A DNA stretch of 64,000 nt from Clostridia bacterium (lineage in GTDB: Bacteria > Bacillota > Clostridia > UBA1381), in contig JAZNWI010000181.1 in NCBI GenBank assembly GCA_045593305.1, positions 8,831 through 72,830 on the forward strand, given 5' to 3'. The notes beneath the pieces were generated by a model that saw only the letters and a program-made list of their open reading frames with translations, was not told the DNA's origin and did no database searches. Positions 17,874 through 27,220 of the stretch are shown here, piece by piece. The translations under genes were made by a program, and so were the position numbers. Every line of letters starts with the position of its first letter. Position 1 is the first letter of the stretch.

Positions 17874-18296
17874 ATGAAATTTTTTACTGAATTCCTTAAA
17901 ATGTTTACATATATTACAACGGGGACAGCTATTGCTTTTGCTATATATACATTGATAGTAGGATATGAAATGGTGGCTGTTTATAGCGTAGCAGAAATTC
18001 CTTTGGTAGGGATAATTATGTCCCTTGTTACAACCGCAACTATTCAGCGTGAATATTCAACAAATAAGGGTATGGTTTTCGCCTTTGCTTGTCATTATAT
18101 TTTTGTAAGTGCTTCAATGGTAGGTTTAGGCATTCTTTTTGAATGGGTAAGACCCGTACCGAAAGAAATTGTATTAATGCTTATTTGTGTGGTTTTTGTT
18201 TATGCATTTTCAATTGCAATGTTTTTCATTTCAATGAAAAGGGAAGCCAATCAAATAAATGCTGCATTAAAAGAACGGTTGGAAAAACAGGATTAA
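17874..18296 (+). CDS. DUF3021-like 4-TM membrane protein (putative LytTR partner/inhibitor)
   Basis: AGGAGG RBS. 140 aa with four hydrophobic helices. LytTR plus small membrane protein is the conserved gene order. Confidence 0.65.
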   Translation: MKFFTEFLKMFTYITTGTAIAFAIYTLIVGYEMVAVYSVAEIPLVGIIMSLVTTATIQREYSTNKGMVFAFACHYIFVSASMVGLGILFEWVRPVPKEIVLMLICVVFVYAFSIAMFFISMKREANQINAALKERLEKQD

Positions 18297-18370
18297 ATTA
18301 TAAAAAACCGGGTTCTTGCTTAATTTCTTGGTATTTTGCAAATGTTTTGGAAAAAATATGTTTTTTTACC

Positions 18371-18409
18371 TAACAAATCAAGTTTTAAACAGACTATATA
18401 GTTGAAAGC
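18371..18409 (+). promoter_or_regulatory. Promoter-like module TAACAA-N16-ACTATATA-N2-TGAAAGC upstream of sigma gene 1
   Basis: The same module, with the same spacing, recurs upstream of the paralogous sigma gene at 20113-20151. Confidence 0.4.
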
Positions 18410-18434
18410 ATTACGTAATCGCTTGGAGGACCAT

Positions 18435-20060
18435 ATGAAAAAACAAGAACTGCTGAAATATTTTGACGATGAGTTGATGGAAAAACTATATGGTTTTTGT
18501 TATGCAAGAACCAATGATAGCTATGAAGCACAGGAATTGTGTTCGGATATCATTTTTGCTTTGGTGAAAGCCGCAAATACAGACGGTGAGATTATGGATT
18601 TATATTCGTTTGTGTGGCGGGTTGCCAAAAATGTCTATGCCGACTTTTCAAAAAGAAAAAGAAAGCATACTGATACCTTTTATGAGGGAGATTCTGAAGA
18701 AATACTTCCCTTTCTTGCAGACGAAGCACACGAGGACGATAGTGACGAACTGTTAGAGGCAGTGTATAGGAGAATAGCTTTTTTAACGAAGGCATATCGT
18801 GAAGTGATGATTATGTTCTATTTGGACGGTTTATCCACCGCAGAAATAGCAAAGCGCCAGAATATAGGCGAGAGTGCCGTTCGTCAAAGATTATTTTCAG
18901 CAAGAGAAAAAGTGAAAAATGAGGTAAATGAAATGTATGAAACAAATAACAGACCGCTTGCCCTTGATGAAATTGATTATGTTATCTGGGGCACGGGTGA
19001 TTTAAAAGGGGGAGACCCCCGTACTGTTTGCACACGTATGTTTTCGAAGCATGTTTTGTGGCTTTGCCATAAAAAAGCTATGAGTCCGGGTGAAATTGCA
19101 GAAAAATTGAATGTTCCCACAGTTTATGTTGAAGAAGAACTTGAAATTCTGACCAAAGGTGCAAATGAAGATTACGGTCTTCTTCGCAGAACCGAAAACG
19201 GCAAATATGCAATTAATTTTATTTTGTTGGATAAACTTGCCGTGAATAAGGTTCAGGATTTGTATCTTGAACAGTTACCTAAAATATGCAATATAGTTTC
19301 ACAGTTTATTGAAGAACACAAGAAAGAATATCTTGCTTTGCCGTATCTTAATAAAAAAGCGGATTTCAATTTGATTTTGTGGCAACAGATATACTTTATA
19401 ACCAAGGTGTTTTCCGAAAAGGTAGAAAAGGTTTTGTCAGAGAATTATTTTGAAAAATCTCAAAAAATCGAGCGTCCATTCAGTGTGTACGGATTTGTTG
19501 ATAATAAAAAGAATTACGGAGGCGGCTGGGATGTGGTAAATGCAGAAAATGTTTGTGGTTTTTCAAAGGTTCGTTTTGATAATATTTATATCACAAGAAT
19601 AAAACAGCATTTTGATTGCGGTCTTAATATTTCAAAAGCATCTCCTATTCAGCTTACACTCAGGGCCATTGACGGGCTTAAAATAAACGGTTTGTCGGAG
19701 AAAGAAAAAGAGCATGCGGCAAAAGCTGTTGAAAGCGGTTATCTGTATAAAGAAGATGGCGTTCTCTACACCAAAATTCTTGTATCTTCTATGGAGGATA
19801 ACGAAACACTTTTCGACATAAGCAAAAGTCTGAATACGGAAAGCTTTGAAGATGAAGCACAGATTATTGCAGAAAAGCTCGCTAAACTTATCAAGAAAAA
19901 TGTACCATTCTACTTGCTTGATGAATGGCGTTTTGTAAATCATCTTGCAAGTCTTCCCGTACTTGATTCGGTAGTAGAAGTGCTGATTGATAAAGGTGTA
20001 CTTGTACCCCCTGCAGACGGAGTGGGTGCCGAAGGCTGTTGGTTGAGTGTTGCAAAATAA
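18435..20060 (+). CDS. sigma-70 family (ECF-like) factor with ~350-aa fused C-terminal domain
   Basis: GGAGGA RBS then ATG at 18435. Region 2-like N-terminus. Region 4 HTH REVMIMFYLDGLSTAEIAKRQNIGESAVRQRLFSAREKV. Long soluble C-terminal extension. Confidence 0.8.
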   Translation: MKKQELLKYFDDELMEKLYGFCYARTNDSYEAQELCSDIIFALVKAANTDGEIMDLYSFVWRVAKNVYADFSKRKRKHTDTFYEGDSEEILPFLADEAHEDDSDELLEAVYRRIAFLTKAYREVMIMFYLDGLSTAEIAKRQNIGESAVRQRLFSAREKVKNEVNEMYETNNRPLALDEIDYVIWGTGDLKGGDPRTVCTRMFSKHVLWLCHKKAMSPGEIAEKLNVPTVYVEEELEILTKGANEDYGLLRRTENGKYAINFILLDKLAVNKVQDLYLEQLPKICNIVSQFIEEHKKEYLALPYLNKKADFNLILWQQIYFITKVFSEKVEKVLSENYFEKSQKIERPFSVYGFVDNKKNYGGGWDVVNAENVCGFSKVRFDNIYITRIKQHFDCGLNISKASPIQLTLRAIDGLKINGLSEKEKEHAAKAVESGYLYKEDGVLYTKILVSSMEDNETLFDISKSLNTESFEDEAQIIAEKLAKLIKKNVPFYLLDEWRFVNHLASLPVLDSVVEVLIDKGVLVPPADGVGAEGCWLSVAK

Positions 20061-20112
20061 TACATAGTTTCGAAATTTATTGAAAACGATAAAAATTTTT
20101 AAAAAAATTAGT

Positions 20113-20151
20113 TAACCGGGATAAGACATTTTGTACTATATATATGAAAGC
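20113..20151 (+). promoter_or_regulatory. Promoter-like module TAACCG-N16-ACTATATA-N2-TGAAAGC upstream of sigma gene 2
   Basis: Same architecture as 18371-18409. Confidence 0.4.
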
Positions 20152-20174
20152 TTTCAAAAAGGTACGGTATAAAT

Positions 20175-21743
20175 ATGAAAAAGGAAACGGCTGCAGAGTT
20201 ACTCAACGAAAATCTTAAGAATATTTTTGCTTTTTGTGTAACGAATTTGTTTGACAAACAGGATGCGGAGGATTTAACTAACGACATAATTGTTGAGGTG
20301 CTGTCCTCTGTGGACAGGCTTGAATCTGATGAGGCATTTTACGGATTCATGTGGCGCATAGCGGAGAACACATTAAAAAAATATATACACAAAAAGAATA
20401 CACGAAGCTCAAAAAACAATATAGATTTTTACGGTGTGAATTGGGGCACCCCCGAGGAACATATCGTTGAAAACGAAGAACTTATGGTTCTTCGCAGAGA
20501 GTTATCGCTTCTTTCCAAACAATATCGTGAGGTAACCGTACAGTATTATATTAACAATAAAACCGTGGCTGAAATTTCAAAAGAAATGAAAATCAGTGAA
20601 GAGATGGTTAAATATTATCTTTTTAAAACAAGAAAAATTTTGAAAGAAGGCATACAGATGCAAAGAAATTTAGGCGAAAAAAGTTATAATCCCGGTACTT
20701 TTGGTATTGATTTCTGGGGATACGGAAGTAACGCGTATGTATGGGAAACATTTGAAAGAAAACTCCCGGGAAACATTGTGCTTGCCGCATATAAAAAGCC
20801 TCGCAGATTCGAGGAGCTATCTTTAGAGTTGGGTGTAGCTGCCCCGTATCTTGAAGATGAACTTGATATTTTATTAAAGTATAACTTTATAAAGCAAACA
20901 GGTAACAAGTATCAGACAAATTTTATTATTTTTGAAAATGAATATGAAAATGAAATTCAGCAAAAAATACCGGCTGCACAAATTTGCAAGAATACTGTAA
21001 AAAGTATTTTTGAAACGGTTGATGAGATTTTACCTGAAATAAAGAAAGTTGATTTTGGGGTTCAGCTGAGTGAAGGCGAACTTCGGTGGTTTCTTGTAAA
21101 CTTTGTTTTAGTAAACGCTTTAAACGACTTTGATAAAAAGATACAAGAAGATTTTGGTGCTTATCCCCATTTGTATGATAAAGCATACGGTATCATTTTT
21201 GGTCACGATAATGACTATGGCTTTTCCTATTTCAATGGTATTTATGGTACGGCAAATACAGATAAAACCGCTCGTTATGATGGTGTTAATTACAAAATAA
21301 TAGAAAAGTGCCAGAATTATCATCCTCAAAATGTTGAAAGAACGCGAGTGATTCTTGACGCTGTATTAGGAAAAGATATCGGTCCACACCAAAAAGAAAT
21401 CATTGCTCAGCTTGTGAGCGAAGAAATGATTTTGGTTGAAGATGATGTGATGAAAGCAAATTTCCCTGTGCTTTCACGCAAAGAAAATGCTCAGATTAAA
21501 TCACTGGTACAGGAGCTTGTTGATACAGTTCAGAATTGTATGCAAGAAATCTGCGAGTATGCGGCGGATATTCTTGAAAAGCACGTGCCTGAATCCCTGA
21601 AAGACCAATGCAGATATATTTGCTTTTTAAGGCATCAGGGGGATACCATAGGCATAATTATGGAAGAACTTGTTAAAATCGGCTATCTGAAAATACCTGA
21701 AGAAAGAAAAAACCTTTGTATTTACGGTGTGAAAAAAGTATAA
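20175..21743 (+). CDS. sigma-70 family (ECF-like) factor with ~340-aa fused C-terminal domain (paralog)
   Basis: Region 4 HTH REVTVQYYINNKTVAEISKEMKISEEMVKYYLFKTRKIL. Same domain layout as the upstream gene. Confidence 0.8.
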   Translation: MKKETAAELLNENLKNIFAFCVTNLFDKQDAEDLTNDIIVEVLSSVDRLESDEAFYGFMWRIAENTLKKYIHKKNTRSSKNNIDFYGVNWGTPEEHIVENEELMVLRRELSLLSKQYREVTVQYYINNKTVAEISKEMKISEEMVKYYLFKTRKILKEGIQMQRNLGEKSYNPGTFGIDFWGYGSNAYVWETFERKLPGNIVLAAYKKPRRFEELSLELGVAAPYLEDELDILLKYNFIKQTGNKYQTNFIIFENEYENEIQQKIPAAQICKNTVKSIFETVDEILPEIKKVDFGVQLSEGELRWFLVNFVLVNALNDFDKKIQEDFGAYPHLYDKAYGIIFGHDNDYGFSYFNGIYGTANTDKTARYDGVNYKIIEKCQNYHPQNVERTRVILDAVLGKDIGPHQKEIIAQLVSEEMILVEDDVMKANFPVLSRKENAQIKSLVQELVDTVQNCMQEICEYAADILEKHVPESLKDQCRYICFLRHQGDTIGIIMEELVKIGYLKIPEERKNLCIYGVKKV

Positions 21744-21761
21744 CATTGAAGGAGAATTGGT

Positions 21762-23249
21762 ATGGAAAAAATAATCGTTGACGGAAAGCGCTTTGTTGAT
21801 GAATACGACAGACACAGGATTTTTAACGGTGTGAATTATGACGATAAAGTAGCCGAAAGAACGAGTTGGATGTATGACACCGAGTATATGGAGTTGACAG
21901 TGCGCAAATTCAGCCAATGCGGTTGGACTATCGTAAGGCTTGGTGTTCCGTGGGCGGCTATTGAACCTAAACCCAATGAGTATGATGAAGATTATATTGA
22001 TAAAATAGTAGCTTTTTTAGACCATTGCGAGAAATACGGAATATATGTTTTTGTTGATATGCATCAGGATTTATTCGGTGGTTCTGCAGATGAACGTGGC
22101 GGTGACGGAGCTCCCGAGTGGGCTTGCTTAAGAGGAACAAAAAAACCGAGAAAATCAAAACTTGTGTGGGCAACGGGTTATTTCTGGGATAAAGGCGTAC
22201 ATAATTGCTTTGATAATTTCTGGGCAGACACCAAAGTCAATGGTGTCGGCTTGCAGACATATTTTATCAATATGTGGTGCCATCTTGCCGAAAGAATCAA
22301 GGACCATCCTGCTTTACTTGGTTTTGATTTATTCAACGAGCCTTATCCCGGTAGTGATGGCGGAAAAATCTTCAGAAAACTTATTCTTAATCTTGCAAAA
22401 ACAGTAATTACAGATAAACGTTGCAATAAACCCTGGCTTATAAAACAACTTGTTACAGGTAATTCCCACAGAGTTCTTGAACCATTTGAGGACCCCGACC
22501 TTTTCCGCAAGGTTACAAAGGCGGGAGATGAACTTCAAAGAAAATTTGATGAAGAAGTATATTCAGGTTTTATAAACCGTCTTTCAAAAAGCATACGCAA
22601 GGTTACCGATAACGGAATAATAATTGTTGAAAGCTGTTATTATACAAATCTTGGTATTCCCTTCTGTATGCCTCCCGTAAATTATGATGGCAAGCAGGAA
22701 GAACAGCTTTGCTATTCACCCCATGGTTATGATTTAACGGTTGATACACCCACTTATGACTATGCAAGTAATTCCCGGGTTTGGTCAATTTTTGAAGAGA
22801 AAAAAAGAACTCAGGAAAAATGGAATAAACCTATTATTGTAGGGGAATGGGGAGGTTATTGGCAAGGTGACAGATGGCTGGACCACCTTGATTTTCTGCT
22901 TGGGAAATTTGATGAAAATCAATGGAGCCAGGCATATTATACTTTCCAATACGGTTTCTTTATGACTCAGCATAAAAAGGTTCTGAAAAGGATAGTAAGA
23001 CCTGTTCCTCAGGCAGTTTGCGGTACAATTGAAAGTTATCGCCACGACAAAGAGAATAATGTGTTTATTTTGGAGTTTACACAGGAAAAAGAATTTGATG
23101 TTCCTACAGTGATTTATGCTCATAAGGAAATCGAGAGCATAGAAACCGACGGGGAATATAAGATTATTCCTTTGGGTAAAAACGGTGAAAGCAGAATCGA
23201 AATAAAAACAGGTATAGGCAGTCATAAGGTTACAGTTAAGTTTAAATAG
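21762..23249 (+). CDS. GH5 family glycoside hydrolase (endoglycoceramidase/cellulase-like)
   Basis: IVRLGVPWAAIEP, YVFVDMHQD, GFDLFNEPYPG (acid/base NEP). No signal peptide. Confidence 0.8.
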   Translation: MEKIIVDGKRFVDEYDRHRIFNGVNYDDKVAERTSWMYDTEYMELTVRKFSQCGWTIVRLGVPWAAIEPKPNEYDEDYIDKIVAFLDHCEKYGIYVFVDMHQDLFGGSADERGGDGAPEWACLRGTKKPRKSKLVWATGYFWDKGVHNCFDNFWADTKVNGVGLQTYFINMWCHLAERIKDHPALLGFDLFNEPYPGSDGGKIFRKLILNLAKTVITDKRCNKPWLIKQLVTGNSHRVLEPFEDPDLFRKVTKAGDELQRKFDEEVYSGFINRLSKSIRKVTDNGIIIVESCYYTNLGIPFCMPPVNYDGKQEEQLCYSPHGYDLTVDTPTYDYASNSRVWSIFEEKKRTQEKWNKPIIVGEWGGYWQGDRWLDHLDFLLGKFDENQWSQAYYTFQYGFFMTQHKKVLKRIVRPVPQAVCGTIESYRHDKENNVFILEFTQEKEFDVPTVIYAHKEIESIETDGEYKIIPLGKNGESRIEIKTGIGSHKVTVKFK

Positions 23250-23604
23250 TAGGAATAGTTGTGAAAAAGGAATACAACAAACCGAAAATCAAACTCAGTT
23301 TGCTTCTTGCTGCTGTTTCTATATTAGATTGCTTTACATACGTTCTGTAGGGTAGAGGTTTATTTTATACCGCGAGTACATATTTTTCATCCGTTGAGCA
23401 TCGCTATTGAAGAATTGATGATTGTATATTTATTTGTTGCAATGCTTGTTTCGTGTTCGATAGGTTTAATATGCGCTTCTGTTGAAAAAACACGCAGACA
23501 ATCGGAAGCAAAAACTTGTATTGATAAATAAGGTGTGCTCGAAAAAGCAAAAATCAAAAGAATATACCAATAAATTGTGAGTGTATTGAAAGAAGGTTAC
23601 TCTG

Positions 23605-25485
23605 ATGAAAAAAACGTGGGCAATCATTTTATGTGCAATTCTGATGATACAAACCGCCGTGCTTCCTACATCGGCGATGGAGAATCCCCCTTTTGAAGTT
23701 TATAGATTACAAGAAAGTGAAGCGAGTGAATACGGCTACATAGATTATAAATTTGTGGATTCAAACGGCAACGAACCGGAAATTGAAGTTGTTGAGAATA
23801 CAGAAAGCGAAACACTTTACTATTCTGCATATTTTCCGTCCTCTTACGATTTGAGGGATTACGGTTATGTTACACCCGTAACAAATCAGGGCAGTTCAGG
23901 TAACTGTTGGGCGTTTTCCTGTGTGAGTTCACTTGAAAGTAACAGTGTTAAACAAGGGGTAAGCGAGTATTCTGCAACAGATTTTTCGGAAGCACATCTC
24001 GTTTGGTTTTCTAAAAACAGCTTTACAACCGATACAAATGATTTAGCCTACGGTGATGGTTTAACTGTAGAAAATCCTTATTCGGGCAGTGAATGTGGCG
24101 GTAACTGGCGGTATGTCGTTAAGGCGTTATCACGTTGGTCGGGTTTAGCAAAGGAATCTGATTATCCGTTTTACCCGTATTCGCATTCTAATATGGGGAA
24201 TTACAATGAAAACTGCCGTTATGACAAAGGTTCGGATGTTGTGATTGAGTCTGCAGAAGAACTTGCAGATACAGAAGATATAAAACAATGGATTATGGAA
24301 AACGGCGCCATAACCGCAAGTTATTACAACAATGCTACCTATTTAAACAAACAAACTTATGCGTATAATTGCAACACCTCTGTTACCTGTAACCATATGA
24401 TTTCCATTATTGGTTGGGATGACGATTATCAGGCCGATAATTTCCTTTCAACTTGTGTTCCCGCCGCTGATGGCGCGTGGCTTTGTAAAAACAGTTGGGG
24501 GGAAGATTGGGGTCTTGACGGATATTTCTGGATATCTTATGAAGATGTTACATTAGGGGAGTTTGTGGGCTTCAAAACACAAAGTGCAGATGCTTTTACA
24601 AATAACTATACCTATAACGGAAACGGATATCGAGATAATTTAACTTTTGGCACTTCACCTCAAATCGCAAATGTGTACAAAGCGAAAAACTATGAAGTTA
24701 TTTCCGATGTGGCCACATACATTATGCAACAGAATACCGATTTAACAATCAGCATATACAAAGATTTGCCTGCGGATTATACATCGCCTGTAGAAGGTAC
24801 TTTCGTAACATCATGGCAGACTAAAATAGACAATCCGGGATATCACACAATTGATGTGCCGGAAGAGGTGCTTCTGAAACCCGGAACAATTTTTTCAATT
24901 GTAATAAAGCTGGAAATAGAAACCGGCAAGCCTTCCATTGCTGTTGAGGGGGATACTGAATACGGTTTTTGCTGTAATCGTGGTGAAAGTTATTTGAATT
25001 CAGGAAGCAAATGGAATGATATGACTGCTTACAGCAGTTTTTTGGGTGTGAACAATTTGTGTATTCAAGCTCTTACTAAATCTCTGTTTGAACACGAATC
25101 AGGTGTTTATATTGATTTTAAAAATAATATATTAATTACACCAACCAACGATTTTTCGTTTTTAAATGATACGATAGATATTTTAAATGGCAGTGAATTC
25201 TCTGTTAAGGACATATATGGAAATGATATTAGTTGTTTTGCAACAGGTTCTACGATGACGGTTTGGGAAAACGATGAGCATTCCGCAGATTTTACGATGG
25301 TTGTAACAGGGGATATCAATGGAGACGGTATTTGCGATGTGCTTGATGTGAGTGAAACGGAGCTTATTGCAAACGGACATAAAAATTCTGATACACTCCA
25401 GTGCTATGCCGCAAACGGTTGTGTTTCGGATTCGGTTGATTGCAATTCGTATCAAAATGTTGTTAATGTGGCTTTGTCCGGTTGA
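23605..25485 (+). CDS. secreted papain-like (C1) cysteine peptidase with C-terminal dockerin-like module
   Basis: Signal peptide MKKTWAIILCAILMIQTAVLPTSA. QGSSGNCWAFS (Cys), CNHMISIIGWDDD (His), KNSWGEDWG. C-terminal GDINGDGICDVLDVSE Ca-binding-loop-like repeat. Confidence 0.85.
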   Translation: MKKTWAIILCAILMIQTAVLPTSAMENPPFEVYRLQESEASEYGYIDYKFVDSNGNEPEIEVVENTESETLYYSAYFPSSYDLRDYGYVTPVTNQGSSGNCWAFSCVSSLESNSVKQGVSEYSATDFSEAHLVWFSKNSFTTDTNDLAYGDGLTVENPYSGSECGGNWRYVVKALSRWSGLAKESDYPFYPYSHSNMGNYNENCRYDKGSDVVIESAEELADTEDIKQWIMENGAITASYYNNATYLNKQTYAYNCNTSVTCNHMISIIGWDDDYQADNFLSTCVPAADGAWLCKNSWGEDWGLDGYFWISYEDVTLGEFVGFKTQSADAFTNNYTYNGNGYRDNLTFGTSPQIANVYKAKNYEVISDVATYIMQQNTDLTISIYKDLPADYTSPVEGTFVTSWQTKIDNPGYHTIDVPEEVLLKPGTIFSIVIKLEIETGKPSIAVEGDTEYGFCCNRGESYLNSGSKWNDMTAYSSFLGVNNLCIQALTKSLFEHESGVYIDFKNNILITPTNDFSFLNDTIDILNGSEFSVKDIYGNDISCFATGSTMTVWENDEHSADFTMVVTGDINGDGICDVLDVSETELIANGHKNSDTLQCYAANGCVSDSVDCNSYQNVVNVALSG

Positions 25486-25497
25486 TGGAGTGTTTTT

Positions 25498-25980
25498 ATG
25501 AAACAGGAAACAAAAGAAAAAATCAAAAAGTTTTTACATGAGGCAAAATCTTTTGAAAACAGAGTAAGTTGCTTTTTTGCTATTTGTTTTGTAATTCTTG
25601 CTATTCACACAGTGCATATGAGTTTAATAATGGATGAGATAAGAAGTCTGGAACTCAATGTCCTGTCGTGGTCTGATTATGCATATTCAGCTTATAACAA
25701 TACAGAAGAAATAAAAGAACTCATTTCTCTGAATTCGGGTGAAATAACCCATTTTGAACACGAAAATTATGGTGCGTACACAATAATACGGGTTATGCCG
25801 AAAAATATAACAGATGAAACCATTGTGAGTGTTATGGCTGGAAATGAGTTTCTGAATGCGGAACGTGATGGCGAATTTTTTACGGTAGAGGTCAGCGGCG
25901 AGCCTGAATTTGTAATAGTAAAAATAGCAGATTGTGACGGAATACATACAGATAAAATTTATTTAACAAATAAAACGTAA
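25498..25980 (+). CDS. hypothetical N-terminally anchored protein
   Basis: GGAGTG RBS. 160 aa. One TM segment (CFFAICFVILAIHTV). Confidence 0.5.
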   Translation: MKQETKEKIKKFLHEAKSFENRVSCFFAICFVILAIHTVHMSLIMDEIRSLELNVLSWSDYAYSAYNNTEEIKELISLNSGEITHFEHENYGAYTIIRVMPKNITDETIVSVMAGNEFLNAERDGEFFTVEVSGEPEFVIVKIADCDGIHTDKIYLTNKT

Positions 25981-26038
25981 CAATGCTTGTATATAACAAA
26001 AGGTGTATAATAAAATTTTATATAGGGGGATTTTTGAA

Positions 26039-26338
26039 ATGTGTGAACAGGAAGATAAAGTGTTAAACAAAGATGATAACCGGAAGGAACAGGAAATTAA
26101 CAATCCTCCGGAGATAAAGTCAATCGTAAAAAGCCCAAACTACAAAAGGCAAATTCAGGGAGCTTGTCTTATTTTGTTTGGTATTTTGCTAATTACTTTA
26201 TTGAATACCTGGGAGTGGATGGAATCTATTTATTTTTTTGAATTTACCCCATGGATAAGCTTATTGTGCGGAGTGTTAGGTGTAATAGTCGCATTTTCAG
26301 ATAGTATAAAAGACTTTTTAAATCTTTTAAACGAGTAA
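26039..26338 (+). CDS. hypothetical small membrane protein (2 TM)
   Basis: AGGGGGA RBS 8 nt before ATG 26039. Two hydrophobic helices. Confidence 0.45.
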   Translation: MCEQEDKVLNKDDNRKEQEINNPPEIKSIVKSPNYKRQIQGACLILFGILLITLLNTWEWMESIYFFEFTPWISLLCGVLGVIVAFSDSIKDFLNLLNE

Positions 26339-26368
26339 TCCGAATTGCAATAATTGGAAGGTGTTTTT

Positions 26369-27220
26369 ATGGCTTTATTTTATAAATTTTATTTCTTCGT
26401 GGGAAAGCTTTTCTCTAAACGGGAAAAAGGAATAAGAAAATATAAACAAAAATTAACTGCACGTGCAGAAAAATCGGGCGTGATAAGGCAAGGTTTCACC
26501 TTAATTTTTCCCTCGTATAAAAAATATTTTTATTGCGATAAAAACACCGGAGAGGGATATTTTTTCAGATGTAAACCTATTGAAGATAAGGGTAAATATC
26601 CCATCGTTATTTATCATCACGGTGGCGGTTGGAATTGTGCGGGCAAAAATAATATGCAGTTGTTTGAGTTTTCTAAATTAATGAAAAAACTCAATAACAG
26701 AAAATGTCATCAGGTTGCCATACATCTTGATGTTACTTGTGACTATAACAGGGCAGAGCATAGCAGAGCCCTTGAGGGTTTTATTGACTATATTCAGAAT
26801 ACATATAACAATGTCGATTTTGACAGAGTTTACCTTGCGGGCACTTCGCACGGCGGTTATGCCTGCGTTTATGAGGTCTTAAGGAATCCTCAAAAATATG
26901 CGGCGGCGGTTATTTCAATGTCTTATACATTCAATGAAGAGTGGAAAGCTCAGGAGAAAATCAAAGAAAATCCATATGTACGCAATCTCGCGGATGAAGA
27001 TTATAAAACCCTTGCCGGAACGCCTTTTTATATCTCTTGTGCAAAAGATGACCATATGCATATGGTAACGAGCAACGAGCTATTGTCAAAAAATCTTAAA
27101 AAGAACAATGCAGATGTGAAAGAGAAGATGTATGAAACAGGCGGACATACAATTTATGCTGATTTCTTTAGAAACAGCGATTGGGATGAGTGGATGTTTT
27201 CTAAGACGAGGAAAGGATGA
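26369..27220 (+). CDS. alpha/beta hydrolase (esterase/peptidase-like)
   Basis: HHGGGW oxyanion-type motif and GTSHGG nucleophile elbow. GGAAGGTG RBS. Confidence 0.7.
   Translation: MALFYKFYFFVGKLFSKREKGIRKYKQKLTARAEKSGVIRQGFTLIFPSYKKYFYCDKNTGEGYFFRCKPIEDKGKYPIVIYHHGGGWNCAGKNNMQLFEFSKLMKKLNNRKCHQVAIHLDVTCDYNRAEHSRALEGFIDYIQNTYNNVDFDRVYLAGTSHGGYACVYEVLRNPQKYAAAVISMSYTFNEEWKAQEKIKENPYVRNLADEDYKTLAGTPFYISCAKDDHMHMVTSNELLSKNLKKNNADVKEKMYETGGHTIYADFFRNSDWDEWMFSKTRKG

Noticed and set aside
20144-20218. 24-codon upstream ORF starting at the conserved TGAAAGC element before sigma gene 2 (MKAFKKVRYKYEKGNGCRVTQRKS)
   Set aside because: It is out of frame with the sigma gene. At the paralogous site the equivalent TTG is in frame with the sigma ORF, so the conservation is better explained at the DNA/RNA (promoter or transcription start) level than as a leader peptide.
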